Source: a bacterium
GTDB lineage: Bacteria; Vulcanimicrobiota; Vulcanimicrobiia; Vulcanimicrobiales; Vulcanimicrobiaceae
Direction: 5' to 3'
Assembly: GCA_021832345.1 (NCBI GenBank)
Contig: JAKBKY010000001.1
Location: 22,385 to 86,384, forward strand
DNA: 64,000 bases
The translations under genes were made by a program, and so were the position numbers. Below are positions 56,339 to 64,000 of this stretch, in pieces. Positions within the stretch are counted from its first letter, which is position 1, and every line of letters starts with the position of its first letter. Below the pieces are notes generated by a model, which saw only the letters and a list, made by a program, of their open reading frames with translations, was not told the origin of the DNA and did not search any database.

Positions 56339-57582
56339 AAGGCTTCTCCTAGTCTATCGGCAAGTTCATGAAGCTGGGCCAGGGTCTGCTCGGGAGCGCT
56401 CGCTTGGTCGTCTTGGCCCAAGAAGGCTTCCAGAGCCGGCTCATGCGCCAGCACGCGCTGCGCCCACGCCTCCCCCGGAAGGATCCCAAGCTCGCGCGCC
56501 TCGGCCGTGCGCTCGAGCCAGGCCAGCGCCGCGCGCACTCTGGCTGCGGCCTCACTCTGCTCATCGGTCACCACCTCCGCCATCGTACGGCTGGCACTGC
56601 CAAGCACGTCGATCGCCGGGAAGCGGCCGGTCGCAGCCCGCCGCGCGCTGAGTTGAAGGTGCCCGTCGAGCAGCGAGCGCGCAGCCTCCGAGAGCGGATC
56701 GCGATCGTCGCCGTCGGAGAGCACCGTCGCGAGCAATGTCACGCTACCCTCGCACGTGCGGCCGGCCCCTTCGACGAGCGCCGCCAACTCGGCAAAGACG
56801 CTGGGCGGATAGCCGCCGCGCCCGGCGCTCTCGCCTCGTGCCACGGCCCCTTCGCGCAGAGCCGCGCCGATCCGCGCCAAGCTATCGACGACGAGCAACA
56901 CGTCAAGCCCGCGGCCACGCAGCGCCGCCGCTTGAGCGAAGGCGACACGGGCCGCTTCAACGCGCTCGGCTGCCGACCGATCGCCGGTGGCAACGCAGAT
57001 CGTCATTCGTGCATCCAACTGCGCGATCCAGGCAGCCGCTTCGCGCCCGCGCTCGCCCACCAGCGCAACGACGACTGCGTCCGCCTGCACGTCGCGCACG
57101 ATGCGTCGCAACAACTGCGATTTGCCGAGCCCCGGGCCACCGAAGATGCCGGCGCGTGCGCCCCGACCGATCGCGAGCAAGCCGTCGATGGCGCGCACTC
57201 CGGTCCACAGCGGGCAGCAGATCTCCACGCGAGCATCGGGGCGCGGCGCGCTCCCGCTACGCTGACTCCTCTGCCGGCACGGCGCCGGTGACGGCGCGCC
57301 ATCCAGGCTCGCGCCGCCGGCATCGACGGCACGCCCCAGCAGAACAGTGCCCAAAGCCGTGCGCGGTGCGCAGGGATCGAACTCCACCCGATCGCCGACG
57401 CGAACGCCTGTGGTAGAACCAAGAGCCGCAATCGTCACGCTTCCGTCGCGCACCGCCGCGACGCGTCCATACAGAGCGCTGCGCGCCGTGCCGATACGCA
57501 CCATATCTGCGCAGGCGGCACGCGGCAGACGCGCCAGCAGCATCGCGCCTTCAACGGCGAGAATCCGCCCGCGCAGAATCAC
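56335..57582 (-). CDS. fliI: Flagellum-specific ATPase FliI
   Basis: F1/T3SS-type ATPase with Walker A (GGPGLGKSQLL) and Walker B (VLLVVDSLARI). Confidence 0.9.
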   Translation of the reverse strand: MILRGRILAVEGAMLLARLPRAACADMVRIGTARSALYGRVAAVRDGSVTIAALGSTTGVRVGDRVEFDPCAPRTALGTVLLGRAVDAGGASLDGAPSPAPCRQRSQRSGSAPRPDARVEICCPLWTGVRAIDGLLAIGRGARAGIFGGPGLGKSQLLRRIVRDVQADAVVVALVGERGREAAAWIAQLDARMTICVATGDRSAAERVEAARVAFAQAAALRGRGLDVLLVVDSLARIGAALREGAVARGESAGRGGYPPSVFAELAALVEGAGRTCEGSVTLLATVLSDGDDRDPLSEAARSLLDGHLQLSARRAATGRFPAIDVLGSASRTMAEVVTDEQSEAAARVRAALAWLERTAEARELGILPGEAWAQRVLAHEPALEAFLGQDDQASAPEQTLAQLHELADRLGEAL

Positions 57583-58100
57583 GCGCCGAGCTCCGCCAGA
57601 ACCTCTGCTAAGCGAACGCCAAGGCCGGCATCAACCTCACCGTCGCGCAGGTCGATCAAAAGATCGCCGCGTTTGAGGCGCTCATCGCCCTCCACCGGCA
57701 CGCCGCCATAGGTCGTGGCGAAACGCTCGTCCGGATGAACGCGCAGCCGCAAGGGTATCTCATCACCGATCCGAGCGAGAGTACGCGCGACGATCGCTGC
57801 AAGCTGCGCCGGAGAGCTGCTCAGCTCCCGCCCGAGAACATCCGCCGCCAGATCGACCAGCAAACGCTGCGCACAGGCCTCAACGCATTCGGCGACACGC
57901 GCACGGAAGAGACGCACATCGCGCAGCAGTTGGGTCTGCGTCTCGACAAACGGCGCGTCGCTACCACGCTGCGGCAACGCCTCGCATACCGCGCTAGCCG
58001 CGTCGCGTGCAGCCGCATCGTCGCGCAGATCGGGCTCCACGCCGCCCTGCACGATCGGCGGGCGCAGCCAATCTCCCAGCGGCACAAACGCTTCAGGCAC
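57579..58100 (-). CDS. fliH: Flagellar assembly protein FliH-like
   Basis: Position between fliF and fliI. C-terminal GDLLIDLRDGEVDAGL. Confidence 0.55.
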   Translation of the reverse strand: MPEAFVPLGDWLRPPIVQGGVEPDLRDDAAARDAASAVCEALPQRGSDAPFVETQTQLLRDVRLFRARVAECVEACAQRLLVDLAADVLGRELSSSPAQLAAIVARTLARIGDEIPLRLRVHPDERFATTYGGVPVEGDERLKRGDLLIDLRDGEVDAGLGVRLAEVLAELGA

Positions 58101-59553
58101 GCTCGATCACCTCATCGAGATCCGCCAACAGCGGAGCGTTGCTGCGTTGCATGCGCCGGATGATCGCCGCTCGTTCGTGCGGCGGATAGAGATCGAGCAC
58201 GGCGGCCGCCGTGGCAGCCGGCAACGCACTTAAAATGGCGGCTGCGGCATGCGGCGGCTCCTCGCGCAGCGCACCGGCGACCTGTGCCGGAGCAAACCCG
58301 CTCACGGCGGTGCGCGTTCGGGCGATGCCGGCTCGTTCCACCATGCTGCGAATCGTGCGACCGACCGGCGGCCCCACCCACCGCACGACGATCAGCGCGG
58401 CGACGACGAGCATCAATGTCGGCAGGAGCGTCACCACCGTCTCGTAGGTGAGCAACCAGCCGTCACGCCGCGGCGGGTGATGCGTGGCGAAATCCACTGC
58501 GCGCACGGCGAGGGTGTCGCCACGCTGCCGATCGTATCCGACGGCGGCCGCCACCAGGGTCGCAATGGCCGGAACCTCGGCGCGTCGGCGCGCGTCCACA
58601 AAGACCGCGACGCTCAAGCGTGCCACCCCACCGGCCGGCACCACCAGTGCGACCGTGCGCTTCGCGCTGCCGCGGTCTTGGCGCGTCACGTGCTTTGCAT
58701 AGCGCAGGCCGCGCTTATCGTAGCGTTCGTCCTGCGCTTGGAGCAGAATCGGCGCGCCGAGTGGAGCGCGGGTCACCAATCGCTCGCGCCGACGCTGCGT
58801 CTGCCGATCCACATGCACCGTCACGATCGTCATGCCGACGCCGAAGGCACGGTCTAAGGCCGACTGCACGCTCTTCTCGATCTCGCCTGCGTCCTGGCCG
58901 AAGGAACTCCCGAGTGCCACGCCGCGGTCATCCATGAGCATCACCGCTGCCGGGCGTAACCCGGGGACGCTGGCCGCGACGAAGGCTCGTATGCCCGCAA
59001 TCGTGGCGCGGTTTAAACGCGCGCCCGGCGTTAAGCGCAAGCGTACGCTGGCGCTGGAATCTCGCGGTCGTTGGTCGGCGAACTCCGGCTCGCGCGCCGG
59101 CGCAACGATCACATCGGCATCGGCCACGCCTTCGATGCCGCGCAGCGCCAGTTCGATGTCTGCACTGAGCCCCGCGCGCGTCTGCGCGTCGATCACGGAG
59201 GCGGGAGTGAGCGCGCCCACGCCGGCCAGCAGTTGCTGGCTGGTCGCAATGTAGCGATGCGGAACCCCGGCAAGCGAGAGGCGCAGCAACAGCGAGCTGC
59301 GTTCTCCGGCCGCAACCTGAAGATTGTCGCTCGTCGGAGCAAAGACGACGTGCCATTCGGCCAGGCGTTCTTCAACCTCCCGTACTTGTTCGGCGTGCAG
59401 GGGTTCGGGGAAGAGCGCAACCCGGTTCGGTCGCGCCGCCAATCCTACGAAGAGCAGGATCGCGCCCAGCACCACCCCCAGCGTCACCAGCGCGATGCGA
59501 GTCGTGCGCCCTGCCCGGTCCCATCGCGCTACGAGCGCTGCGAGCATCGGCAT
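58093..59553 (-). CDS. fliF: Flagellar MS-ring protein FliF with C-terminal FliG-N/MgtE-N-like segment
   Basis: YscJ/FliF N-terminal domain and two TM segments. The C-terminal ~70 aa (AAAILSALPAATAAAVLDLYPPHERAAIIRRMQR) resemble the FliG N-terminal helical domain. No separate fliG lies between fliF and fliH. Confidence 0.75.
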   Translation of the reverse strand: MPMLAALVARWDRAGRTTRIALVTLGVVLGAILLFVGLAARPNRVALFPEPLHAEQVREVEERLAEWHVVFAPTSDNLQVAAGERSSLLLRLSLAGVPHRYIATSQQLLAGVGALTPASVIDAQTRAGLSADIELALRGIEGVADADVIVAPAREPEFADQRPRDSSASVRLRLTPGARLNRATIAGIRAFVAASVPGLRPAAVMLMDDRGVALGSSFGQDAGEIEKSVQSALDRAFGVGMTIVTVHVDRQTQRRRERLVTRAPLGAPILLQAQDERYDKRGLRYAKHVTRQDRGSAKRTVALVVPAGGVARLSVAVFVDARRRAEVPAIATLVAAAVGYDRQRGDTLAVRAVDFATHHPPRRDGWLLTYETVVTLLPTLMLVVAALIVVRWVGPPVGRTIRSMVERAGIARTRTAVSGFAPAQVAGALREEPPHAAAAILSALPAATAAAVLDLYPPHERAAIIRRMQRSNAPLLADLDEVIERA

Positions 59554-59556
59554 CGC

Positions 59557-59829
59557 TTAGAGTTGCAAGTTCAACACAGAGGAGACGGCCTGTGCGCTAC
59601 GCTGCGCGGCCGCGGTCGCTACCGAGAGCGCCACATCGGCGCGCGCGCGTTCGTAGACGGAGTCGGCCAAGCTCCCGGTACCGCGCGCGAATCGATCTTC
59701 GGACTGCTCGGCAGCGTGTAGGGTCTCTGCGAGGTTATCCAACGTGTGTGCGAAGGCGTCCGAGAGTTCCGCATGCGCGTGTCTTGGCGCAAGCGGTGCG
59801 CTATCCGGCAGCAACGGCTCGACCCTCAT
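59557..59829 (-). CDS. fliE: Flagellar hook-basal body protein FliE
   Basis: 90 aa. Position and a conserved C-terminal helix. Confidence 0.65.
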   Translation of the reverse strand: MRVEPLLPDSAPLAPRHAHAELSDAFAHTLDNLAETLHAAEQSEDRFARGTGSLADSVYERARADVALSVATAAAQRSAQAVSSVLNLQL

Positions 59830-60155
59830 AGCTGTCCCATGCGGATGGTCTGCTGGACGAGATGCTTATCAGCATCGAAGAGCGCCGCATCGCTTTCGTA
59901 GGTGCGCGTCGCTTGCATGACGGCCAGCATCTCGGTCATCGCGTCGGCATCTCGTCCGCGCTCGCGGCGCATCCCCACAACTTTAACCTGCGCCGTGCCG
60001 CCGGCATCGACGACGCGAAAGATCGGCGTCTGCCGCTCGTAGGTGCCCTTGGGGCCGGCCGCCTCTTCGGCGGCGAGGTTGCGAGCGGCGGCATCCAGAG
60101 CCGCGCGTTGCGCGCTCATCGCACCGGCAGCCGCTTCCATCAGCGGAAACCTCAT
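59826..60155 (-). CDS. flgC: Flagellar basal-body rod protein FlgC (short form)
   Basis: C-terminal motif MTEMLAVMQATRTYESDAALFDADKHLVQQTIRMG. Confidence 0.7.
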   Translation of the reverse strand: MRFPLMEAAAGAMSAQRAALDAAARNLAAEEAAGPKGTYERQTPIFRVVDAGGTAQVKVVGMRRERGRDADAMTEMLAVMQATRTYESDAALFDADKHLVQQTIRMGQL

Positions 60156-60364
60156 GGGCGGCTCACGGCTTTGATCTCGGCCAGCCGCGCGTGAACGGCG
60201 CCAAAGAGCGCTTCGCTGAAGAGTTCGGCTTGTGCGGCTCGGGCCATCGAACCGTCGGTGGCGCCGCCGTCGGCATTGGCGCGCGCAACGCTCTGCGCGG
60301 CGGACTGTAATTGGTCTCTCGCATCGGTTAAGCCGTTGCGCAGAGAGGCTGCTACATCGAACAT
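60152..60364 (-). CDS. flgB: Putative FlgB (very short)
   Basis: Position upstream of flgC. 70 aa. Weak. Confidence 0.4.
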   Translation of the reverse strand: MFDVAASLRNGLTDARDQLQSAAQSVARANADGGATDGSMARAAQAELFSEALFGAVHARLAEIKAVSRP

Positions 60365-60428
60365 GAGGGAAGTCTAGGCCCGCCGTGTTGCCGCCGCATG
60401 AAGCTCGTGTAGCCGAAGGATTTTGTGG

Positions 60429-61616
60429 CTAAGAGCGAACGCGCGGCAACCCCGCACGGTTCAGCGGAATACCGAGTACGAGACGCGTCACTTCATTGTA
60501 GTTGGCGATCCCGGAAGCGACGTGGTTACTCTTCAGATAGGTGTTATACGTACCCCAGGAGAAGCGCGCAAACGCGAGGTTGATGTGCCGCGCGTTGCGC
60601 CGGCGAATGGCGGCGAAATCGCTCCAGACCAGCGGCGTGAAGGTATCGGCGGCGTAGTGCTTCTTCGGCGGCAGGTACATGAAGAGTTCGAGCCAGCCTG
60701 AGTAACGGTCCACCACGTCGCGCGATCGCAGGCAGGTGAGGACGGCTGCGTAGTTGGCTTCATCCTCGCGCGCGAATCCCGCGATGTGCGTCCACTCGTG
60801 CGCCAGGTCAAAGGGACGCTCAAACCAGAAAAGATCCGGCGCGAGTTGTGCCTCCAGCGTGAGTGGATTGATAAAGCCGGAGGTTCCGTTGGCGACCATG
60901 AACGGTCCCGCAAGCGTGAACTTCGGCGCACCGACGTGCGGTTTCCAGTCGTCGCCGAAACGTTGCACGACCGGTAACCACGCCTTGCGCAGCGCGACGA
61001 GATTGAGCGGCTGCTTGGCCTGCGCGTGCGCGAGCGGTGCCAGTGCGTTGATCTGCGCGATGGCAAGCGTGCGCAGGCGCACGGCTGCGGCGGTTGTCAC
61101 CGCCGATGGGTGGTACGCGAGGCGCGTCTGGAGTGGGGCGCGTTGGTAGCACCAGCCCCAGGCAACGAGAAACCAGATGAGGTAGAAGGCCGCAAGCGCG
61201 AGCGCATCGAGCGCCAGGATGCCGCTCGCGCGCCAGGTCCGCCGGCGTAGCGCAATCGCGATGCGCCACGCCAACCAGCCAACGCCGAGCAGCACCGCAC
61301 TATCGCCGAGCGAGAACGGGACCGCCGACGCGATCGCGGCGGCAGCGTGCTCCCAGATCGGGTAGATGCCGTTGACGTACGGGCCGCCGACCCATGCGGG
61401 ACTCGGTCGAAAGGTGAACGCGACGATGCCGGCCACGACAAGCACGACACGCAGCCAGAAGGCAAAAGAGCCGCCGTGAATCGGCGACTCCTTTGTCGAC
61501 TGCCTCCGCTCGCGCGGCACGCTCTTAGCGCTTGCTAAACTGGAAGCGCTTACGCGCGCGCTTGCGACCGTACTTCTTCGACTCTTTTTCGCGCGGATCG
61601 CGGGTGAGAAACCCAT
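60429..61616 (-). CDS. DUF3810-like membrane protein with HExxH motif (AHEWTH)
   Basis: N-terminal TM and the putative zinc-metalloprotease motif. The start is probably internal, because the longest ORF overlaps rpsI by ~90 nt. Confidence 0.5.
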   Translation of the reverse strand: MGFSPAIRAKKSRRSTVASARVSASSLASAKSVPRERRQSTKESPIHGGSFAFWLRVVLVVAGIVAFTFRPSPAWVGGPYVNGIYPIWEHAAAAIASAVPFSLGDSAVLLGVGWLAWRIAIALRRRTWRASGILALDALALAAFYLIWFLVAWGWCYQRAPLQTRLAYHPSAVTTAAAVRLRTLAIAQINALAPLAHAQAKQPLNLVALRKAWLPVVQRFGDDWKPHVGAPKFTLAGPFMVANGTSGFINPLTLEAQLAPDLFWFERPFDLAHEWTHIAGFAREDEANYAAVLTCLRSRDVVDRYSGWLELFMYLPPKKHYAADTFTPLVWSDFAAIRRRNARHINLAFARFSWGTYNTYLKSNHVASGIANYNEVTRLVLGIPLNRAGLPRVRS

Positions 61617-61914
61617 GCTTGCGCATGACCGCCTTCATCGACTCGTCGATACCGACCAAGGCCCGAGCGATCCCGTGACGCACTGCGCCGGCTTGGCCGG
61701 ACATTCCGCCGCCCTCTGCCTTGACGGTGATATCGAAACGCGATGCACCCTGGATGGCTTCCAGCGGCTGGCGCACGATCTGCTGCAACTGCGGGCGGGG
61801 GAAGTACTCATCCATCGGCTTGCGGTTGATGGTGATCACGCCCTGACCGATGGCCAGCTCAACGCGCGCGACGGCACGCTTGCGACGACCGGTGGCTTGG
61901 ATGGAATCGCTCAC
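61525..61914 (-). CDS. rpsI: 30S ribosomal protein S9
   Basis: C-terminal [19 protein letters not shown]...RKRFQFSKR. Confidence 0.9.
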   Translation of the reverse strand: MSDSIQATGRRKRAVARVELAIGQGVITINRKPMDEYFPRPQLQQIVRQPLEAIQGASRFDITVKAEGGGMSGQAGAVRHGIARALVGIDESMKAVMRKHGFLTRDPREKESKKYGRKRARKRFQFSKR

Positions 61915-61923
61915 GCGGAACTC

Positions 61924-62349
61924 CTAGACGAGGGCATGCGGCTGTTGCGCCGCATGCGGGTGGGTATCGCCGGCATAGACGGCCAGCCGGCCCAGTTGGA
62001 CATCGCGCATCCGATTGGTCGCGAGCATGCCGCGCACGGCCTGTTCGATCAACCGCTCGGGATGCTTCTCATGGAGCTGACGCGCCGTCTGCGTGTGCAG
62101 CCCTCCAGGGAAGCCGCTGTGCCGACGGTAGAGTTTCTGCTCCCACTTATCGCCGCCCAGTTCGATCTTCTCGGCGTTGATCACGACCACATGGTCGCCG
62201 GCATCGATATGCGGCGTCCAGGTCGGCTTGGTTCTGCCGGAGAGGGCCCGTGCGACGCGCACGGCCAGCGTGCCGAGACGCTGCCCGGCGGCATCGACGA
62301 TGAACCAGTCGTGGGTGGCTTGCGCCGTCGTCTGTTGGTAGGTCCGCAT
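61924..62349 (-). CDS. rplM: 50S ribosomal protein L13
   Basis: WFIVDAAGQRLGTLAVRVARAL N-terminus. Confidence 0.9.
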   Translation of the reverse strand: MRTYQQTTAQATHDWFIVDAAGQRLGTLAVRVARALSGRTKPTWTPHIDAGDHVVVINAEKIELGGDKWEQKLYRRHSGFPGGLHTQTARQLHEKHPERLIEQAVRGMLATNRMRDVQLGRLAVYAGDTHPHAAQQPHALV

Positions 62350-62582
62350 CTGCTAGTTTCCTAAAAAGTGCGCTCGGGGAGTCGAATCGAAGCCAAACCA
62401 AGGGCACGGGCCCCGGCGGCAGCCCTGGTAGTCTACCGAGAAGCTCCCCCCGCGTCAAGCGGAAGGGTCCCCGCGAAGAGCAGCGGCCTCAGAATCTAGC
62501 GGTTTCTCATCATTAGTTCTTGGAAGCGAAGGCGCAATCCGATAGGATGAGGATGAGGATGAGTTTCGATAAGGGGCAAAGC

Positions 62583-62813
62583 ATGGGACAACTCGATCGC
62601 ATCACCCAGCAGCCCGAGGTGATGGGCGGGAAGGCGTGCATTCGCGGGATGCGCGTCACCGTGGGTATGATTGTCGGCCAGGTCGGCACCGGTCAGAGCA
62701 TCGATAAACTCCTGGCCGATTACCCGTACCTCGAACGCGAGGACATCCTGCAAGCGCTTCGCTATGCCGCCTGGCGGGCCGACGAGCGTGAGGTTCTGCT
62801 GGCCGGAGCATGA
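62583..62813 (+). CDS. DUF433 protein (putative antitoxin)
   Basis: ITQQPEVMGGKACIRGMRVTVGMIVGQ DUF433 core. The stop overlaps the next gene. Confidence 0.7.
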   Translation: MGQLDRITQQPEVMGGKACIRGMRVTVGMIVGQVGTGQSIDKLLADYPYLEREDILQALRYAAWRADEREVLLAGA

Positions 62814-63184
62814 GACTGCTCCTCGATATGAACCTCTCGCCCCGATGGGTCGAGGTACTGGCCGAGGCGCAGGTCGAGGCGGTGCACTGGTCATCCGTCG
62901 GGCCCGCGGGTGCAACCGACGCACAGATCATGGCCTACGCACGCGCGAACGACTATGTGATCCTCACACATGACCTCGACTTCAGTGCCATTCTCGCCGC
63001 CACTCGCGGCGAAAAGCCCAGCGTCGTGCAACTCCGGGGCGACGACATCAGCCCGGAGGCAATCAGTGGGCAGGTCATCGCTGCATTGCGGCAGATGGCG
63101 CTTGAACTCGAAGAAGGCATCTTGCTCACCGTCGATCCAAGCCGTACGCGCTTACGCGTGTTACCGCTGCAGTCGAGAGGCTGA
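62810..63184 (+). CDS. DUF5615 (Mut7-C/PIN-like) protein, putative toxin partner of DUF433
   Basis: MRLLLDMNLSPRWVEVL...YVILTHDLDF pattern, typical of DUF5615. Confidence 0.7.
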   Translation: MRLLLDMNLSPRWVEVLAEAQVEAVHWSSVGPAGATDAQIMAYARANDYVILTHDLDFSAILAATRGEKPSVVQLRGDDISPEAISGQVIAALRQMALELEEGILLTVDPSRTRLRVLPLQSRG

Positions 63185-64000
63185 CAGGCCGTGTTCAGCT
63201 AGGTCGTATCGAATCGGCGAAGTCATAGCGAAGAGCGGCGGCGGCGCAAAGGAGTCGTAGCCGTCCGGGTAGCGCACCCCGGCCAGGTAGAGCCCCTGGG
63301 CCGGCGCCGTCTTGCCGGCGGCGGCGCGGTCGGTCGCAGCCAGGATCTTCGGAATCGAACCTGAGTCGCGCCGGCCTATCGCGCACTCCAGGAGCGTCCC
63401 CACGATGGTCCGCACCATCCGGTGCAGGAAGCCGTCCGCGGCGATCTCGATGCGCAGCAGATCACCGACGCGCTCGATCCGCAGATCGCGGATCCGGCGC
63501 ACGGTGCGCCCTCCGGGCGGCAGCACGCCGCAGAACGAGCGGAAGTCATGCTCGCCGATGAGGTGCGCGGCGCCACTTGCGAACGCTTCGATATCCAGCG
63601 GAACCCAGACGTGGGCGGCATAGCGGCGCAAGAACGCGCTGCGCTGGGGCCGATGGGCGATCGCGTAGATGTAGCGCCGGTCCAGCGCCGAAAATCGCGC
63701 CGAGAAACCGGCCGGCACCACCGTAGCCTCGCGAACGGCGAGGTCGGGCGGGAGAGCGGCGTTGAGCGCGACGGCGAGACGGTCGAAACGAAACGGGCGC
63801 GTCGTCCGAAAGGAGATGACCTGCCCGCTTGCATGCACGCCCGCATCGGTGCGGCCGGCGGCCGTGACTTTGATGGGTTCGCCAAGGAGGCGCAGGAGTG
63901 CCGCCTCCAGCTCGCCGGCAACCGTGCGCAGCTCAGGCTGAAACTGAAACCCGTGGAATGCCGTGCCGTCGTATTCGACGGCACAGCGAACGGTGGTTAG
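63161..64000 (-). CDS. truA: tRNA pseudouridine(38-40) synthase TruA (5' end truncated by window edge)
   Basis: The reading frame is open to the window end (TTVRCAVEYDGTAFHGFQ...AGRTDAGVHASGQV). The catalytic Asp region RTDAGVHA is present. Confidence 0.85.
   Translation of the reverse strand, partial: LTTVRCAVEYDGTAFHGFQFQPELRTVAGELEAALLRLLGEPIKVTAAGRTDAGVHASGQVISFRTTRPFRFDRLAVALNAALPPDLAVREATVVPAGFSARFSALDRRYIYAIAHRPQRSAFLRRYAAHVWVPLDIEAFASGAAHLIGEHDFRSFCGVLPPGGRTVRRIRDLRIERVGDLLRIEIAADGFLHRMVRTIVGTLLECAIGRRDSGSIPKILAATDRAAAGKTAPAQGLYLAGVRYPDGYDSFAPPPLFAMTSPIRYDLAEHGLSASRLQR

Noticed and set aside
1-64000. Looked for CRISPR arrays, rRNA genes and further tRNAs.
   Set aside because: No regularly spaced short direct repeats, no rRNA-like segments, and no other cloverleaf-compatible sequences were seen. 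The only multi-copy repeats are the 62-nt element, the 18-nt tandem pair and the 680-bp duplication already reported.

Overview
High-GC (roughly 65-70%) bacterial chromosomal segment with compact, mostly overlapping operons. Left to right:

- **1.2-5.4 kb:** ECF sigma / anti-sigma / OmpR-type two-component / DUF4097-like envelope-stress cluster.
- **6.4-8.1 kb:** GNAT, MBL-fold hydrolase, PadR regulator.
- **8.7-17.8 kb:** leucine-catabolic (methylcrotonyl-CoA carboxylase) operon, split after the beta-subunit gene by a ~3.9 kb insertion (10.25-14.15 kb). The insertion carries an IS1380-family transposase relic, two membrane proteins, and a low-GC EcoRI-like restriction endonuclease plus MT-A70/DPPW methyltransferase pair.
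- **17.8-24.1 kb:** amidohydrolase, GT4 glycosyltransferase, purK-purE, GH-A glycosidase, SDR.
- **24.1-25.5 kb:** znuA-like binding protein with Zur, then tRNA-Ala(CGC).
- **25.5-30.5 kb:** a ~5 kb low-GC island with no integrase, immediately 3' of tRNA-Ala. It contains a translationally coupled cassette (MerR-type HTH; a 580-aa protein with a P-loop-like N-domain carrying a degenerate Walker A fused to a dCMP/dCTP-deaminase domain; a 56-aa ORF absent from the ORF track). I regard this cassette as the most interesting candidate in the window: a protein-partnered variant of nucleotide-depleting deaminase defence. The island also holds an MqsA-like HTH, a SEC-C motif ORF, an orphan XRE HTH and a HigB-HigA module.
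- **30.5-39.1 kb:** ssb-rpsF, SPFH protein, TauE, rel, apt, secreted proteins, a C11-like peptidase.
- **39.4-41.7 kb:** a ~680-bp direct repeat encoding paralogous secreted proteins, flanking a Gp49-like (HigB2) / XRE toxin-antitoxin pair.
- **41.8-64 kb:** HIRAN-RecQ helicase and secF-secD, then a reduced flagellar-type export cluster (flhA, flhB, fliR, fliQ, [metF], fliP, fliN, fliM-like, rod protein, SLT, fliI, fliH, a FliF with FliG-N-like tail, fliE, flgC, flgB). It is interrupted by a Phd/VapC pair. It is followed by rpsI-rplM, a DUF433/DUF5615 pair and truA (truncated at the window edge).

No CRISPR array or rRNA was seen.
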